Assembly: GCA_019247455.1 (NCBI GenBank)
Contig: JAFAOW010000173.1
Coordinates: forward strand, 191-64,190
Reading direction: 5' to 3'
From: Acidobacteriota bacterium
Lineage (GTDB): Bacteria > Acidobacteriota > Blastocatellia > Pyrinomonadales > Pyrinomonadaceae
Length of the DNA stretch: 64,000 bases
In this document: piece after piece, positions 34,420 through 43,989 of the stretch
Layout: every line of letters begins with the position of its first letter
How positions within the stretch are numbered: the stretch's first letter is position 1
Notes under the pieces: model-generated
Database searches by the model: none
Seen by the model: only the letters and a program-made list of their open reading frames with translations
What the model was told of the DNA's origin: nothing
Program-made: the position numbers and the translations under genes

Positions 34420-36570
34420 CTAGTTCCCTACCGGCAGCTCAATGATGAATTTTGCCCCTCTTGGTTGATTGGCGACCGCGTTGATACGGCCACGATGCTC
34501 TGCAATTATGCGGTTAACTATCGCGAGACCGAGCCCCGTTCCTCTTCCCTTTGTTGAAAAATACGGCTGAAAAAGTTTCTGCATATCGCCGCGTGCAAAT
34601 CCTTTTCCATTATCGGCGACTTCCGACACGACGATGTCTCGTGCCGCGTCGTGCCGCGCCGTGATCGTTACTTTCGCATCCGCCTGGCCCGCATCGAACG
34701 CCTCAACCGAATTATCGATAAGGTTCACATAGACCCGCTTTATCTGCTCAGCATCCAGCATAACCTCCGGCAATGTCCCATTCTCGTGGAACTCGAGGGT
34801 AACGTCCTTGAATCTACCATCAAAGGAGGCGACGGCCTGGCGGATAACGGCCTTAAGATCGCCGGGCTCCGGATGCGCCTCCGGAAGCCTCGCGAACTTT
34901 GAAAACTCATCAACGAGAGACTTCAGCGATGAAACCTCACGGATGATCGTGTCCGTACTTTCATGAACTACGTCGCCGATCGGACCGCCGTCCTCTATTC
35001 GCTTTCCATTGCCGCGATCCTTGTGGCCGCTTAGTTCAAACCTTCTCGCGATTCGTTCAGCGGATAGCTGGATAGGAGTGAGCGGATTCTTGATCTCATG
35101 TGCCATCCTCCGCGCCACTTCCTGCCACGCCGAGGCACGCTGCGCGGCGATCAACTCCGACAGGTCTTCAAGAACAAGCACTACACCGCTTCCGTCACGT
35201 AGTGCGGCAGCCGTGATCGCGACCGTGCGCTCCGAACCCGACCCGTTTGCGCCGCCAAACACAGTCTGATCAGCAGCACTGCCCGCGCGGCGGGCCCGGG
35301 CAACAAGCCGCTCGAGCACGGTACCTTCACCAAACTCCCGCAGATCATCAAGCTTCTTGCCGATATTATCCTCAGCGTCAATTCCAAGCATTTCGCTTGC
35401 TGCCGGGTTGATCGTCGTGACCCTGTTATCCGAGTCGAACGAGATCACACCTGTCGGAAGCGTTTCGAGAACCGTCTCGATATACCGTCGCCTCTTAGCC
35501 AGTTCGGCCGAGTTAGATTCAAGTGTCGCGGACATCTCGTTGAACGTGTTCACGAGGATCGCGAGCTCATCCTCCGCAAGCACATCGACTCGGTGGCTCA
35601 GATTCCCTTTCGCGATCTCACTCGCTCCGACCGCTAAAGCTTTGATCGGGATCGTTAGGCCGCGGGCAATATAGAATGCTATCCATGAGGACGCGAATAT
35701 GAGCAAAAACGTCAGAACGCCGAGTGTCAACAATCCGACGCGACGGATCGTTGCCTGCTGCTGTTTCAATCGTTCGAATTCATTGACCGAGTTGTCGACC
35801 ACCTGTCCGACGTTCGTTTCAAGCACCGGGTCCGGGACAACCAACAAGCGTCTTCCGCCGCTCATTGACGCTATGCCGACATCAAATCCTTTACCATCTA
35901 CCAGCTCTCGCCCGGAAGCGTTCGTCTCCCTAGCGACGGCAAGCATCCTTTCGAGGTCGTCCTTCTGATCCGACGGGATGTCACGTTCGAAAAGGTTGAT
36001 CGTCTTACCGTCGGGAGCGAGCACTTCGATGTGCGTGAGGCCGCCGGCTGTTGCAATGGTCCCGAGATCGGAATTCGTCAGTTTGCGATCATTGAGCGCC
36101 GCCGCAAGCATATTCGACGATTCGACAAGCTTCTCTGTGCGATCTTGGATCGTCGTATCCTGCATTTGACGCACTTGCCTCACAACATTGTCCGGGATCT
36201 GCTCAAACCATCGTTCCAGCGCACGGTTCATAAAAAGATACGAGAACATCGCCATCGCTAGGATCGGAAGCAGGCTGACCAGGAAGAAGTACATCAGCAG
36301 CCGCGTCTTGATCTGGGCCCCGAGCTCCAGCATCCGCCGCTCTCGCATGAGCTTGATCAAGCTGCGCAGGAATATCCCGCCGAAGATCATGAATGCTATG
36401 AAATTCAGCGAAGACAAAAAATACAGCAGCACAGTATCGCTCGCCGTTTCTATGGTGAAGCTTTTCCAGATGTTCGAGGACTGGAGAAAAACGAGTACAA
36501 AAAGCAGGACGAAAACTACCGTGCCCAGCAGCCACGGCACCTTCGCGCGCCTCTTTTCTCCCTTCGCCAT
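34420..36570 (-). CDS. NtrY-like sensor histidine kinase (TM-HAMP-PAS-HisKA-HATPase)
   Basis: N-terminal TM helices, a HAMP-like region (IPIKALAVGASEIAKGNLSHRV), a PAS-like region, H-box MAHEIKNPLTPIQLSAERI, N-box NLIDNSVEA, and G-boxes DNGKGF and GTGLGLAIV. It lies 6 nt upstream of the response regulator gene. Confidence 0.88.
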   Translation of the reverse strand: MAKGEKRRAKVPWLLGTVVFVLLFVLVFLQSSNIWKSFTIETASDTVLLYFLSSLNFIAFMIFGGIFLRSLIKLMRERRMLELGAQIKTRLLMYFFLVSLLPILAMAMFSYLFMNRALERWFEQIPDNVVRQVRQMQDTTIQDRTEKLVESSNMLAAALNDRKLTNSDLGTIATAGGLTHIEVLAPDGKTINLFERDIPSDQKDDLERMLAVARETNASGRELVDGKGFDVGIASMSGGRRLLVVPDPVLETNVGQVVDNSVNEFERLKQQQATIRRVGLLTLGVLTFLLIFASSWIAFYIARGLTIPIKALAVGASEIAKGNLSHRVDVLAEDELAILVNTFNEMSATLESNSAELAKRRRYIETVLETLPTGVISFDSDNRVTTINPAASEMLGIDAEDNIGKKLDDLREFGEGTVLERLVARARRAGSAADQTVFGGANGSGSERTVAITAAALRDGSGVVLVLEDLSELIAAQRASAWQEVARRMAHEIKNPLTPIQLSAERIARRFELSGHKDRGNGKRIEDGGPIGDVVHESTDTIIREVSSLKSLVDEFSKFARLPEAHPEPGDLKAVIRQAVASFDGRFKDVTLEFHENGTLPEVMLDAEQIKRVYVNLIDNSVEAFDAGQADAKVTITARHDAARDIVVSEVADNGKGFARGDMQKLFQPYFSTKGRGTGLGLAIVNRIIAEHRGRINAVANQPRGAKFIIELPVGN

Positions 36571-36656
36571 AACGCTGAGTTTAGCACAACAAGGTGTACG
36601 GCCGACCCGTTGGTAAAAGCTATTCTAGTCCGCTAGAATCGAGCGAAAGCCTCGAT

Positions 36657-37583
36657 ATGCAAAGGGTATTTCTTGATCAGAATGGGCGCCTAAGGAGCGG
36701 CTGGCGTGCGGCCGCGTTTCTGATCTCATTCTTGCTCATCGCGTCCGGTTTGATCTTCACGAGCGTGGTCGCCCTCTCGCAGATGGACCTCGGTGAAACA
36801 GCGACCGGGCTGCTGCCTATCAGCATCCCTTTCGTTATCTCCACGGTCATTGCCCTTCTTTTGGGATGGGTTTGTCTTAGGTTATTTGAGGGGCTCCCCT
36901 TTAAAGCATTGGGCGCAGCCTTCACTAACGGATGGGCCCGGAATCTCGCTGCCGGCGTGCTGCTCGGAGGTGTGGCATTCGGCAGTGCAGCTCTGATCGG
37001 GGTAATGTCACGGGGACTTGAACTCCATGCAAACACACTCTCGACACCCCGTGCGATTATTTCGACACTTTGGACAACATTTTTGATCTTCCTCGTTGGC
37101 GCGGCTTCCGAAGAGACCTTATTTCGAGGTTATCTGATGCAGACGCTTGCAAGAGGACCGATCAAATGGTTCGCCATCGCGCTAACAGCTTCTTTGTTTG
37201 CGCTGGCTCACAACGCCAACCCGGATATTTCCGGATTATCAATATTCAATACACTGCTCGCCGGCGTCTGGTTCGGGATCGCTTACCTAAAGACTCGCGA
37301 TCTATGGTTTCCATTCGGGCTTCATTTCATGTGGAACTGGCTGCAGGGTCCTATTTTCGGAATCAACGTTAGCGGAATTTCGACGTTTAGCCCGGACCCG
37401 GTACTGCGGGCGACCGACCACGGACCTGCCTGGCTGACCGGCGGAGCGTATGGCCTGGAGGGTGGTATCGCTTGCACGATCGCGATACTTATTTCGATCG
37501 GTCTTATCCATTTCCTGCCGATCCTCAAACCAACCCCGGAAATGCTCGACCTGTCCGAGGCTAGGCTGCCGTCTGGATCTTGA
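36657..37583 (+). CDS. CPBP family (CAAX-protease-like) intramembrane metalloprotease
   Basis: Motifs EETLFRGYLMQ and FALAHN plus a later HFMWN, with multiple TM helices. ATG at 36657; the longer ORF from 36594 adds a non-hydrophobic extension. Confidence 0.8.
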   Translation: MQRVFLDQNGRLRSGWRAAAFLISFLLIASGLIFTSVVALSQMDLGETATGLLPISIPFVISTVIALLLGWVCLRLFEGLPFKALGAAFTNGWARNLAAGVLLGGVAFGSAALIGVMSRGLELHANTLSTPRAIISTLWTTFLIFLVGAASEETLFRGYLMQTLARGPIKWFAIALTASLFALAHNANPDISGLSIFNTLLAGVWFGIAYLKTRDLWFPFGLHFMWNWLQGPIFGINVSGISTFSPDPVLRATDHGPAWLTGGAYGLEGGIACTIAILISIGLIHFLPILKPTPEMLDLSEARLPSGS

Positions 37584-38421
37584 ATGAGATATCGACGGCG
37601 CGCGCAGAGTGTGTGATACGCCCAACGGATATAAGATCGACCCCTGCCTCCGCGTATGCGCGGACGCGATCAAGGTCCATTCCGCCTGACGCTTCGATCA
37701 GTACATTTGGATTCATGTTCCGGGCCGTAGAAACCAGTTTCGACGCCTCCTCGGGAGTCTGGTTATCGAGCATTACGATCTCTGCTCCGGCCTCTATCGC
37801 CTCTCGCAGTTGTGCCCAATTTGTGATCTCTACCTCGACCTTATGCAGATGGCCGGCGAGATCTTTAGCCGCTGTTACCGCTTCAGTAACGCCGCCAGCA
37901 AGCGCAATATGATTGTCCTTGATGAGGATCCCGTCATCGAGGCCCAGGCGGTGGTTCTTTCCGCCGCCGACCGTCACCGCGTATTTTTCCAACATTCGCA
38001 GCCCGGGTGTTGTCTTGCGCGTGTCAACGATCTGAGCGTCCGTTCCCTCTACTGCTTTTACGTACGCGCGCGTTAGAGTTGCGATGCCCGAAAGGCGCTG
38101 CATGAGATTCAGGGCGACACGCTCGCCGATCAGCAGAACGTCCGCGTAGCCGTTCAGGGTTCCGATGACGGTCCCGGCCCCAACCTCATCACCGTCCTCG
38201 AACGCCTTTTCTATCTCAGTACTATCAGGGTCCAAATGAAAAAAGACCGCGTCCGCAACGTCGAGGCCGCAAACGACCAGGTCTTCTTTAGCGAGGAATC
38301 GTCCCTGGCCTCTCGTATCAGGCGGCACCGTAGCTTTTGTAGTGATATCACCCCGGCCGATGTCCTCACTCAGGAAGTCCCCGATCGACGCCATCAACTC
38401 GCCGCTCTCAAGCCAATTCAT
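37561..38421 (-). CDS. nadC: nicotinate-nucleotide pyrophosphorylase (quinolinate phosphoribosyltransferase)
   Basis: Blocks FLSEDIGRGDITT, LLIGERVALNLMQRLSGIAT, VDTRKTTPGLR, KYAVTVGGGKNHRLGLDDGILIKDNH and MLDN...ASGG are the canonical NadC blocks. Confidence 0.92.
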   Translation of the reverse strand: MNWLESGELMASIGDFLSEDIGRGDITTKATVPPDTRGQGRFLAKEDLVVCGLDVADAVFFHLDPDSTEIEKAFEDGDEVGAGTVIGTLNGYADVLLIGERVALNLMQRLSGIATLTRAYVKAVEGTDAQIVDTRKTTPGLRMLEKYAVTVGGGKNHRLGLDDGILIKDNHIALAGGVTEAVTAAKDLAGHLHKVEVEITNWAQLREAIEAGAEIVMLDNQTPEEASKLVSTARNMNPNVLIEASGGMDLDRVRAYAEAGVDLISVGRITHSARAVDISFKIQTAA

Positions 38422-38430
38422 AACTTATCA

Positions 38431-38458
38431 ATCATACGGTGTTAAACTCGGCTGTCAA
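38431..38458 (-). promoter_or_regulatory. sigma-70-type promoter candidate for nadC (near-leaderless)
   Basis: The minus strand reads TTGACA-16 nt-TATGAT-9 nt-ATG (nadC start at 38421). No Shine-Dalgarno lies between the -10 box and the ATG. Confidence 0.45.
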
Positions 38459-38470
38459 TGAATGTTCATT

Positions 38471-38499
38471 TTGACAACATAGACCTAAAAAGCTATGCT
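38471..38499 (+). promoter_or_regulatory. sigma-70-type promoter candidate for the lipoprotein gene
   Basis: TTGACA (38471-38476), a 17-nt spacer, then TATGCT (38494-38499), about 55 nt upstream of the GTG at 38555. Confidence 0.5.
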
Positions 38500-38554
38500 T
38501 CACGCATTCAACGCAACAATTCAGGCCTCGGCCGTTATTAAAAGGAGAACTTTT

Positions 38555-38983
38555 GTGAAGAACATTATCGGTTTGTTTTTGGTCGCTGCCGTGCTCTTAA
38601 CGGCCGCTTTCGCGTGCAATACGGGGCCGGTGAATATCAGCTCGTACAAGGTCAGCAAGGACAAAGATGCCAACCAGGAGGCGAGCAGCTTCAAGGGTGG
38701 AGACACTCTTTACGGGCGTGCCGTCGTTAGCGGCACCACGGGCGCTGTCAAGGTTAAATTCCGCATCGAAACAGATGATGTGTCCGGCGCTTCCAAGGGT
38801 ACCGTCGTGCCTGGGTCCGAAGTAACCGTGGACCTTCCGAGCGATGGAACCGCAACTTACACCGTGCCTATTCCCGAAGGCGCGGTAAAGAGCGGCAAGT
38901 ACAATGTTATCGCCGACCTCGTTGACGACAAGGGCGATAAGAAGGACACGAAAACCGCAGGGATCTCGATAACGATGAACTAG
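38555..38983 (+). CDS. small lipoprotein, beta-sandwich-like
   Basis: The GTG at 38555 lies 6 nt after AGGAGA. The lipobox is LLTAAFAC in VKNIIGLFLVAAVLLTAAFAC. The mature part is beta-rich. The ATG at 38495 given in the ORF track would add a non-signal extension. Confidence 0.7.
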   Translation: MKNIIGLFLVAAVLLTAAFACNTGPVNISSYKVSKDKDANQEASSFKGGDTLYGRAVVSGTTGAVKVKFRIETDDVSGASKGTVVPGSEVTVDLPSDGTATYTVPIPEGAVKSGKYNVIADLVDDKGDKKDTKTAGISITMN

Positions 38984-39009
38984 AGTCGTTCTCAAGATCA
39001 ACTAAAATG

Positions 39010-39033
39010 AAGGCCGGTTCCGACCGGCCTTTT
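39010..39033. terminator. bidirectional terminator between the lipoprotein gene and valS
   Basis: AAGGCCGGT-tccg-ACCGGCCTT followed by TT, with an A-run on the other side. Confidence 0.75.
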
Positions 39034-41711
39034 CATATGAGAGAGTCGAGGTTCGTTTGCAAAGCAGAGATCTGGGCGTCTAATTCGGAGGCTCTCTCGC
39101 GAAGGGCTGTAACCTTCTCCTTCGGCGCTTTTTCTACAAAGTTCGAATTACCCAGTTGGCCTTCGAGTCGAGCTTTCTCCTCGGTCAGTTTGCCTATCTG
39201 ATTCGAGAGGCGAGCCTTTTCTTTTTCAAAATCGATAAGGCCCTCCAGCGAAATGGCGATCCGAGCTTCGTTGGTGACTGCCTTGGCTGAGGCCTTTGGT
39301 GCAGCCAAAACATCACTGATGATCAGTTTCTCTGCCCGCGCCAGTTTAAGTATCTGCGCCTCGTTCGCCTTGAATATCTCTTGATCTGGAGCACTCGCGG
39401 CAATATGAATGGTGAACTTGATCGAGGGCGAGATCGTCATTTCCGCTCGGATATTCCGAACTTTTTTTATCAAGTCGATCACGGCACCCATTTCTTTCTC
39501 AGCGGCGCCGTCGATCAACCCAGCTTCCCCCGTTGGGAAATCAGCAAGCATGATCGTGCCTTCCGCACTTGAATATGCATGATTGTGCAGCGATGACCCC
39601 GTGCCAGGGAGCTTCTGCCATAGTTCCTCGGTCAGATATGGCATGAATGGATGAAGCATTCGGAGCGCCTGCTCAATGATCGTTACGATCCGCGTGCTCG
39701 CCGCTTGGTCGCCTGAAGTGATCTCATCCTTCTTAAGCTCGATATACCAGTCGCACAGGTCATCCCAAAAAAAGTGGTAAAGAAGAGAAACGGCAGTATG
39801 AAATTCATACTTCCCGAGCGCTAGGTTGAGATCGATCTCAGTTTGATTTAATCGCGAGACGATCCAGCGATCGGCGAGAGGCAGTCCCACCTCGCCTAGC
39901 GCCGCCTTTTCCACGGACGCCTCGTCCGCGTTAAGAAGACAGAACCGCGTTGCGTTCCAGATCTTATTGGCAAAATTCCTATAGGTCTCGATCAGTAGGT
40001 CGTTCCATTTGATGTCTGCTCCCGTTGCGATCGATGCGAGATAGATGCGCGTGGCGTCAACCCCAAATTTGTCGAACATTTCGAGCGGGTCAACGCCGTT
40101 ATTGCGCGACTTGGACATCGGCTTGCCATCCTTGCCTAGCACGGTCCCCGTCACAACAACATCCTCAAACGCTTTCTTCCCAGTGAATTTTCTCGTCAGC
40201 ATTATCATCCTGGAAACCCACAGGAAAATAATGTCCCGTCCTGTCACGAGAACGTCAGTCGGCAGGAATGCTTCCAGATCAGCGGTCTCGGTCACTTGCC
40301 CATTCCATCCAAACGTCGAGAACGCCCACAGACCTGATGAAAACCATGTGTCAAGCACGTCAGGATCTCGCGTCAACTCATCCGACCCGGCCTTTTCCCG
40401 GGCTTCTTCTTCGGACCTTGCGACAAAAACATTGCCGTCTTTGTCGTACCATGCTGGGATCTGGTGGCCCCACCATAGCTGCCGCGAGATCGTCCAATCC
40501 TTCAGATTCTCAAGCCATGCGGTATAGACCTTTTCATGTGGAACCTGCGGAAAGAAATGCGGGACGCCTTTATCGCGAATTAGTTCGAGTGCCATGTCAC
40601 GCATCTCGTCCATTTTGACGAACCACTGCTCGCTCAAGATAGGTTCGACGACCGTCTTGCACCGCTCGCAAACCGGCAGCGTAACTTCGTAGTCGTCGAT
40701 CTTCTCCAGCAGTCCAAGTGACTCGAATCTCTCCACGACCTTTTCGCGAGCTTTAAAGCGATCCAATCCCTCAAAATCACGGCCTGCGGCAGTATTCATC
40801 GTGCCATCGTCATTCATGACGAGAAGCTGTTCGAGATCGTGCCGCTGGCCTATTTGGTAATCATTCGGATCATGGGCCGGCGTCACCTTTACCGCGCCGG
40901 TGCCAAATTCCGCGTCGACATATTCATCCGCTACGATCGCGATCTGACGCCCGGTGAGCGGGAGATCAATGGATTTCCCGACCAGATCCCTGTATCTTTC
41001 GTCAGACGGATTTACCGCGACCGCGGTATCGCCGAGCATCGTTTCAGGACGGGTTGTCGCAACGGTCAGTGTTCGGCCAGTGCCGGCAATAGGGTATTTT
41101 AGATACCAGAGCTTTCCGTCCTTCTTTGTTTCTTCCTTGACTTCCAGGTCAGACAAGACTGTTTTGTCCTTGGGACACCAGTTAACGATCCTCAGGCCGC
41201 GGTAGATCCAGCCCTGCTCGTAGAGTGTGCAGAAAACTTCCCGTACGGCCGCCGAAAGGCTCTCGTCCATCGTGAACCGCTGTCTTGACCAATCGACGGA
41301 GGCGCCCTCGCGGCGCATCTGTTCGGTGATGGTATCGCCGTACTGCTCTTTCCACTTCCATGCGCGGGCAATGAACTCCTCCCGCCCGATCTCAAGTGGC
41401 GTTTTGCCATCCGACCGCAGTTGCTCTACGATCTTTCGCTGGACCGAAATTCCGGCATGATCAGTCCCCGGCAGCCATAGGGTGCGGTAACCCTGCATCC
41501 TTTTCCATCTCGTCAGAACGTCCATCAGCGTGTGCTGAAGAGCATGGCCCATATGAAGGCTGCCTGTTACGTTAGGCGGTGGAATTACGATCGAGAATGA
41601 CGCTGCATTCGGATCCTGGTTTATTTCTGGCGCGAAAAAGCCGTTATCTTCCCAGCGTTTGTAGTGATGTTCTTCAGCGGCCCTTGGATCATAGGCCTTT
41701 GCGAGTTCCAT
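39033..41711 (-). CDS. valS: valine--tRNA ligase
   Basis: Class I HIGH motif (PPNVTGSLHMGHAL), KMSKS (KPMSKSRNN), the CP1 editing region, and the C-terminal coiled coil typical of ValRS. 892 aa. Confidence 0.95.
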   Translation of the reverse strand: MELAKAYDPRAAEEHHYKRWEDNGFFAPEINQDPNAASFSIVIPPPNVTGSLHMGHALQHTLMDVLTRWKRMQGYRTLWLPGTDHAGISVQRKIVEQLRSDGKTPLEIGREEFIARAWKWKEQYGDTITEQMRREGASVDWSRQRFTMDESLSAAVREVFCTLYEQGWIYRGLRIVNWCPKDKTVLSDLEVKEETKKDGKLWYLKYPIAGTGRTLTVATTRPETMLGDTAVAVNPSDERYRDLVGKSIDLPLTGRQIAIVADEYVDAEFGTGAVKVTPAHDPNDYQIGQRHDLEQLLVMNDDGTMNTAAGRDFEGLDRFKAREKVVERFESLGLLEKIDDYEVTLPVCERCKTVVEPILSEQWFVKMDEMRDMALELIRDKGVPHFFPQVPHEKVYTAWLENLKDWTISRQLWWGHQIPAWYDKDGNVFVARSEEEAREKAGSDELTRDPDVLDTWFSSGLWAFSTFGWNGQVTETADLEAFLPTDVLVTGRDIIFLWVSRMIMLTRKFTGKKAFEDVVVTGTVLGKDGKPMSKSRNNGVDPLEMFDKFGVDATRIYLASIATGADIKWNDLLIETYRNFANKIWNATRFCLLNADEASVEKAALGEVGLPLADRWIVSRLNQTEIDLNLALGKYEFHTAVSLLYHFFWDDLCDWYIELKKDEITSGDQAASTRIVTIIEQALRMLHPFMPYLTEELWQKLPGTGSSLHNHAYSSAEGTIMLADFPTGEAGLIDGAAEKEMGAVIDLIKKVRNIRAEMTISPSIKFTIHIAASAPDQEIFKANEAQILKLARAEKLIISDVLAAPKASAKAVTNEARIAISLEGLIDFEKEKARLSNQIGKLTEEKARLEGQLGNSNFVEKAPKEKVTALRERASELDAQISALQTNLDSLI

Positions 41712-41793
41712 ACGGGTAAACTCTTATTCTAAAACAAAAAGGGCCGCCTTTCATTTTGGAGTAAGGCAGCCGCAAGATCTGATGTGGTCGCAA

Positions 41794-42909
41794 TTACTTC
41801 TTGCGGTCCTCTTCAAGCGCCTCTCGTATCAACTTCTCGGCGATCCTGGGCACGGCTTCTGCCGCTATCTCGCGGACGGCCCTATCGGACAGGCGATCGA
41901 TCACTTTTTGCACGATGGCGTTGATCGCGTCGGTCGAAAGGCCACCATCGCCTTCTTGCGTGGGTGAAGAAACACGCTCCTCCAGCTTCTCTGCAGCGTC
42001 CGTGGATGTGTCGGTCGCAAGTTCGGCAAAAGCATCCGATGACACTGGGGCCGATGACGTGCCTACTCCAAGGTCCTTCCGGTTCGCCTCCTCGTCCACA
42101 GTGGATCGCGGCAGGAACGCCTCGGTCGCAGCCCCCGAGAACGTCGTCTCACCATACTCGCTTTCGATACCTGCAACGTGCTGAGTATGGCCAGCTGAAT
42201 GATGTTCGTCATCATCATCATCTTCAGTCAACTGCCCGACTTCCTCGTTTTGGCGCCGGGCGAGATCCTCGCCGGCCGCTTCGTCCGAGGATGTTTCTCG
42301 CGATATTGCGATACCGGGTTTCGCGAGGGTCTCGAGGTGCACAGTTTCGATCATTTCGTCGTCAAAACCGTCCTGATCTAGAAGTCCTTCCACGGTATCA
42401 AACTGCTCGATCTCATCAGTGACCGCAAAACTGCTCTTATAAAGATGTTCGATGTCCTCGTCGTCTGGAGTCCCTGCCGGAGCTGCCGCGGATACGCTGG
42501 CCATTCCCCCGGCAATGTCGGTCTGTTTTCCATTCAAGAGATCGTTGACCCGCTCAACAAGATCGCGGATAGAATGAAATGGCTTGCTAATGAAGCCATC
42601 CGCTCCTGCCCGTTCGGCCTCATCCTGATCGAACGGCTCGAACGACCCGACCAGCAGAAGCACTGGGATCTGCCTCGTCTGGTCATCCTGTTTGATCATC
42701 GAGCATATCTGGTAGCCGTTTGTTCCCTCAAGACCGACGTCAACGAGCACAATGTCGGGCTGAAGATCGACAAACTGCGTCATCGCGTCCTGCGCGCTGC
42801 CGACGGCAGTCACCTCGATGCCTTCGTCCGCAAAGGTCAATTCAACGACCTTGCGTATCGTCACCGAATCGTCAGCGATGAGTAGTTTGGGACTCGCCAC
42901 AATCGTCAT
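41794..42909 (-). CDS. response-regulator receiver protein with long acidic disordered region and conserved C-terminal helix
   Basis: REC domain (LLIADDSVTIRKVV...DIVLVDVGLEGTNGYQ...ISKPF), then about 200 aa rich in D/E/S/T/A, ending in INAIVQKVIDRLSDRAVREIAAEAVPRIAEKLIREALEEDRKK. No DNA-binding or enzymatic output domain was recognised. Confidence 0.8.
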   Translation of the reverse strand: MTIVASPKLLIADDSVTIRKVVELTFADEGIEVTAVGSAQDAMTQFVDLQPDIVLVDVGLEGTNGYQICSMIKQDDQTRQIPVLLLVGSFEPFDQDEAERAGADGFISKPFHSIRDLVERVNDLLNGKQTDIAGGMASVSAAAPAGTPDDEDIEHLYKSSFAVTDEIEQFDTVEGLLDQDGFDDEMIETVHLETLAKPGIAISRETSSDEAAGEDLARRQNEEVGQLTEDDDDDEHHSAGHTQHVAGIESEYGETTFSGAATEAFLPRSTVDEEANRKDLGVGTSSAPVSSDAFAELATDTSTDAAEKLEERVSSPTQEGDGGLSTDAINAIVQKVIDRLSDRAVREIAAEAVPRIAEKLIREALEEDRKK

Positions 42910-42927
42910 TCTAGCAGATTGTAATGG

Positions 42928-43902
42928 TCACGAACGATTTGCTGCGAGTTCTGCGGCCAGCCGAATGGCCGCCTTCATACTGGAGGTATCCGCTATGCCC
43001 TTGCCGGCGATGTCGAACGCCGTTCCGTGGTCGACCGAGGTTCGAATGAGGGGAAGCCCGAGCGTAACATTCACGGCCGAACCGAACGAAAGAGATTTAA
43101 CCGGGATTGTTGCCTGATCATGATAGAGAGCGGCCACCACGTCAAACTCACCCCGGTGACCCCGCAAGAAGATAGTGTCAGGAGAATAGGGCCCGCTAAC
43201 GTTTATGCCGGTCGATCTGCATTCGTCGATAGCCGGACTGATTTCTTTTTGTTCTTCGCTCCCGAACATACCGCCTTCTGAGGCATGCGGATTCAAACCC
43301 GCAACGGCAATGCTGACTTTGCGTCCCAGTAATTTCGAAAGCGTTCGATCTGAAAACTCGATAAGGCGGACGATATTCTCCCTACTGACGAGCTCTATGG
43401 CCCCTGACAATGGGAGATGTGTGGACAAGAGCACTACGCGCAGCTGGTCGGCAAAAAAACTCATTCGGAATTCGCCCGTATCAGTTAATTTTGCTAGGAA
43501 CTCGGTATGCCCCGGGAAATCGTATCCGCCCGCATTAAGCGACGACTTGTTTATGGGAGCAGTAGCGATCGCATTGATCTCTTTCGACCGCCACAGTTCT
43601 ACGGCCTTCTCGATATATTGGCCCGAAGCCCGTCCTGCCACTGCGTCGTTTACCCCGACCGGCACGTCCCCCGAAAGGTTATTCAGATCAAGTACCTCAA
43701 TTCCGCCTTCGGAACCCATCGGAACGAGTCTGAGCCGGATTGCAAATTTCTTTGCTTCTCGCTCCAGAAATGCGCGATCGCCTATCACGATGGATCTTGC
43801 GCCGGCCGAAACCTCCGGCTCCGCAAGAGCTTTCAACACGATCTCGGGACCGATGCCTGCCGCATCGCCCATCGTTATGCCAATGACCGGTCTATCTCCC
43901 AT
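42928..43902 (-). CDS. pdxA: 4-hydroxythreonine-4-phosphate dehydrogenase
   Basis: Blocks IGITMGDAAGIGPEI, APINK, GHTEFLA, AGLNPHASEGG and RTSVDHGTAFDIAGKG are the canonical PdxA blocks. Confidence 0.92.
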   Translation of the reverse strand: MGDRPVIGITMGDAAGIGPEIVLKALAEPEVSAGARSIVIGDRAFLEREAKKFAIRLRLVPMGSEGGIEVLDLNNLSGDVPVGVNDAVAGRASGQYIEKAVELWRSKEINAIATAPINKSSLNAGGYDFPGHTEFLAKLTDTGEFRMSFFADQLRVVLLSTHLPLSGAIELVSRENIVRLIEFSDRTLSKLLGRKVSIAVAGLNPHASEGGMFGSEEQKEISPAIDECRSTGINVSGPYSPDTIFLRGHRGEFDVVAALYHDQATIPVKSLSFGSAVNVTLGLPLIRTSVDHGTAFDIAGKGIADTSSMKAAIRLAAELAANRS

Positions 43903-43926
43903 CTGCTAACAGTAATCGTTGCAGGT

Positions 43927-43958
43927 AAAAGAAAAACGGTCAACGAAGCTCGCTGACC
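43927..43958 (-). terminator. rho-independent terminator after ftsZ
   Basis: The minus strand reads GGTCA-gcgagcttcgt-TGACC followed by GTTTTTCTTTT, beginning 31 nt after the ftsZ stop. Confidence 0.55.
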
Positions 43959-43989
43959 ATTCTGAGTTTTTGAGTTTAGGATTCGGGTG

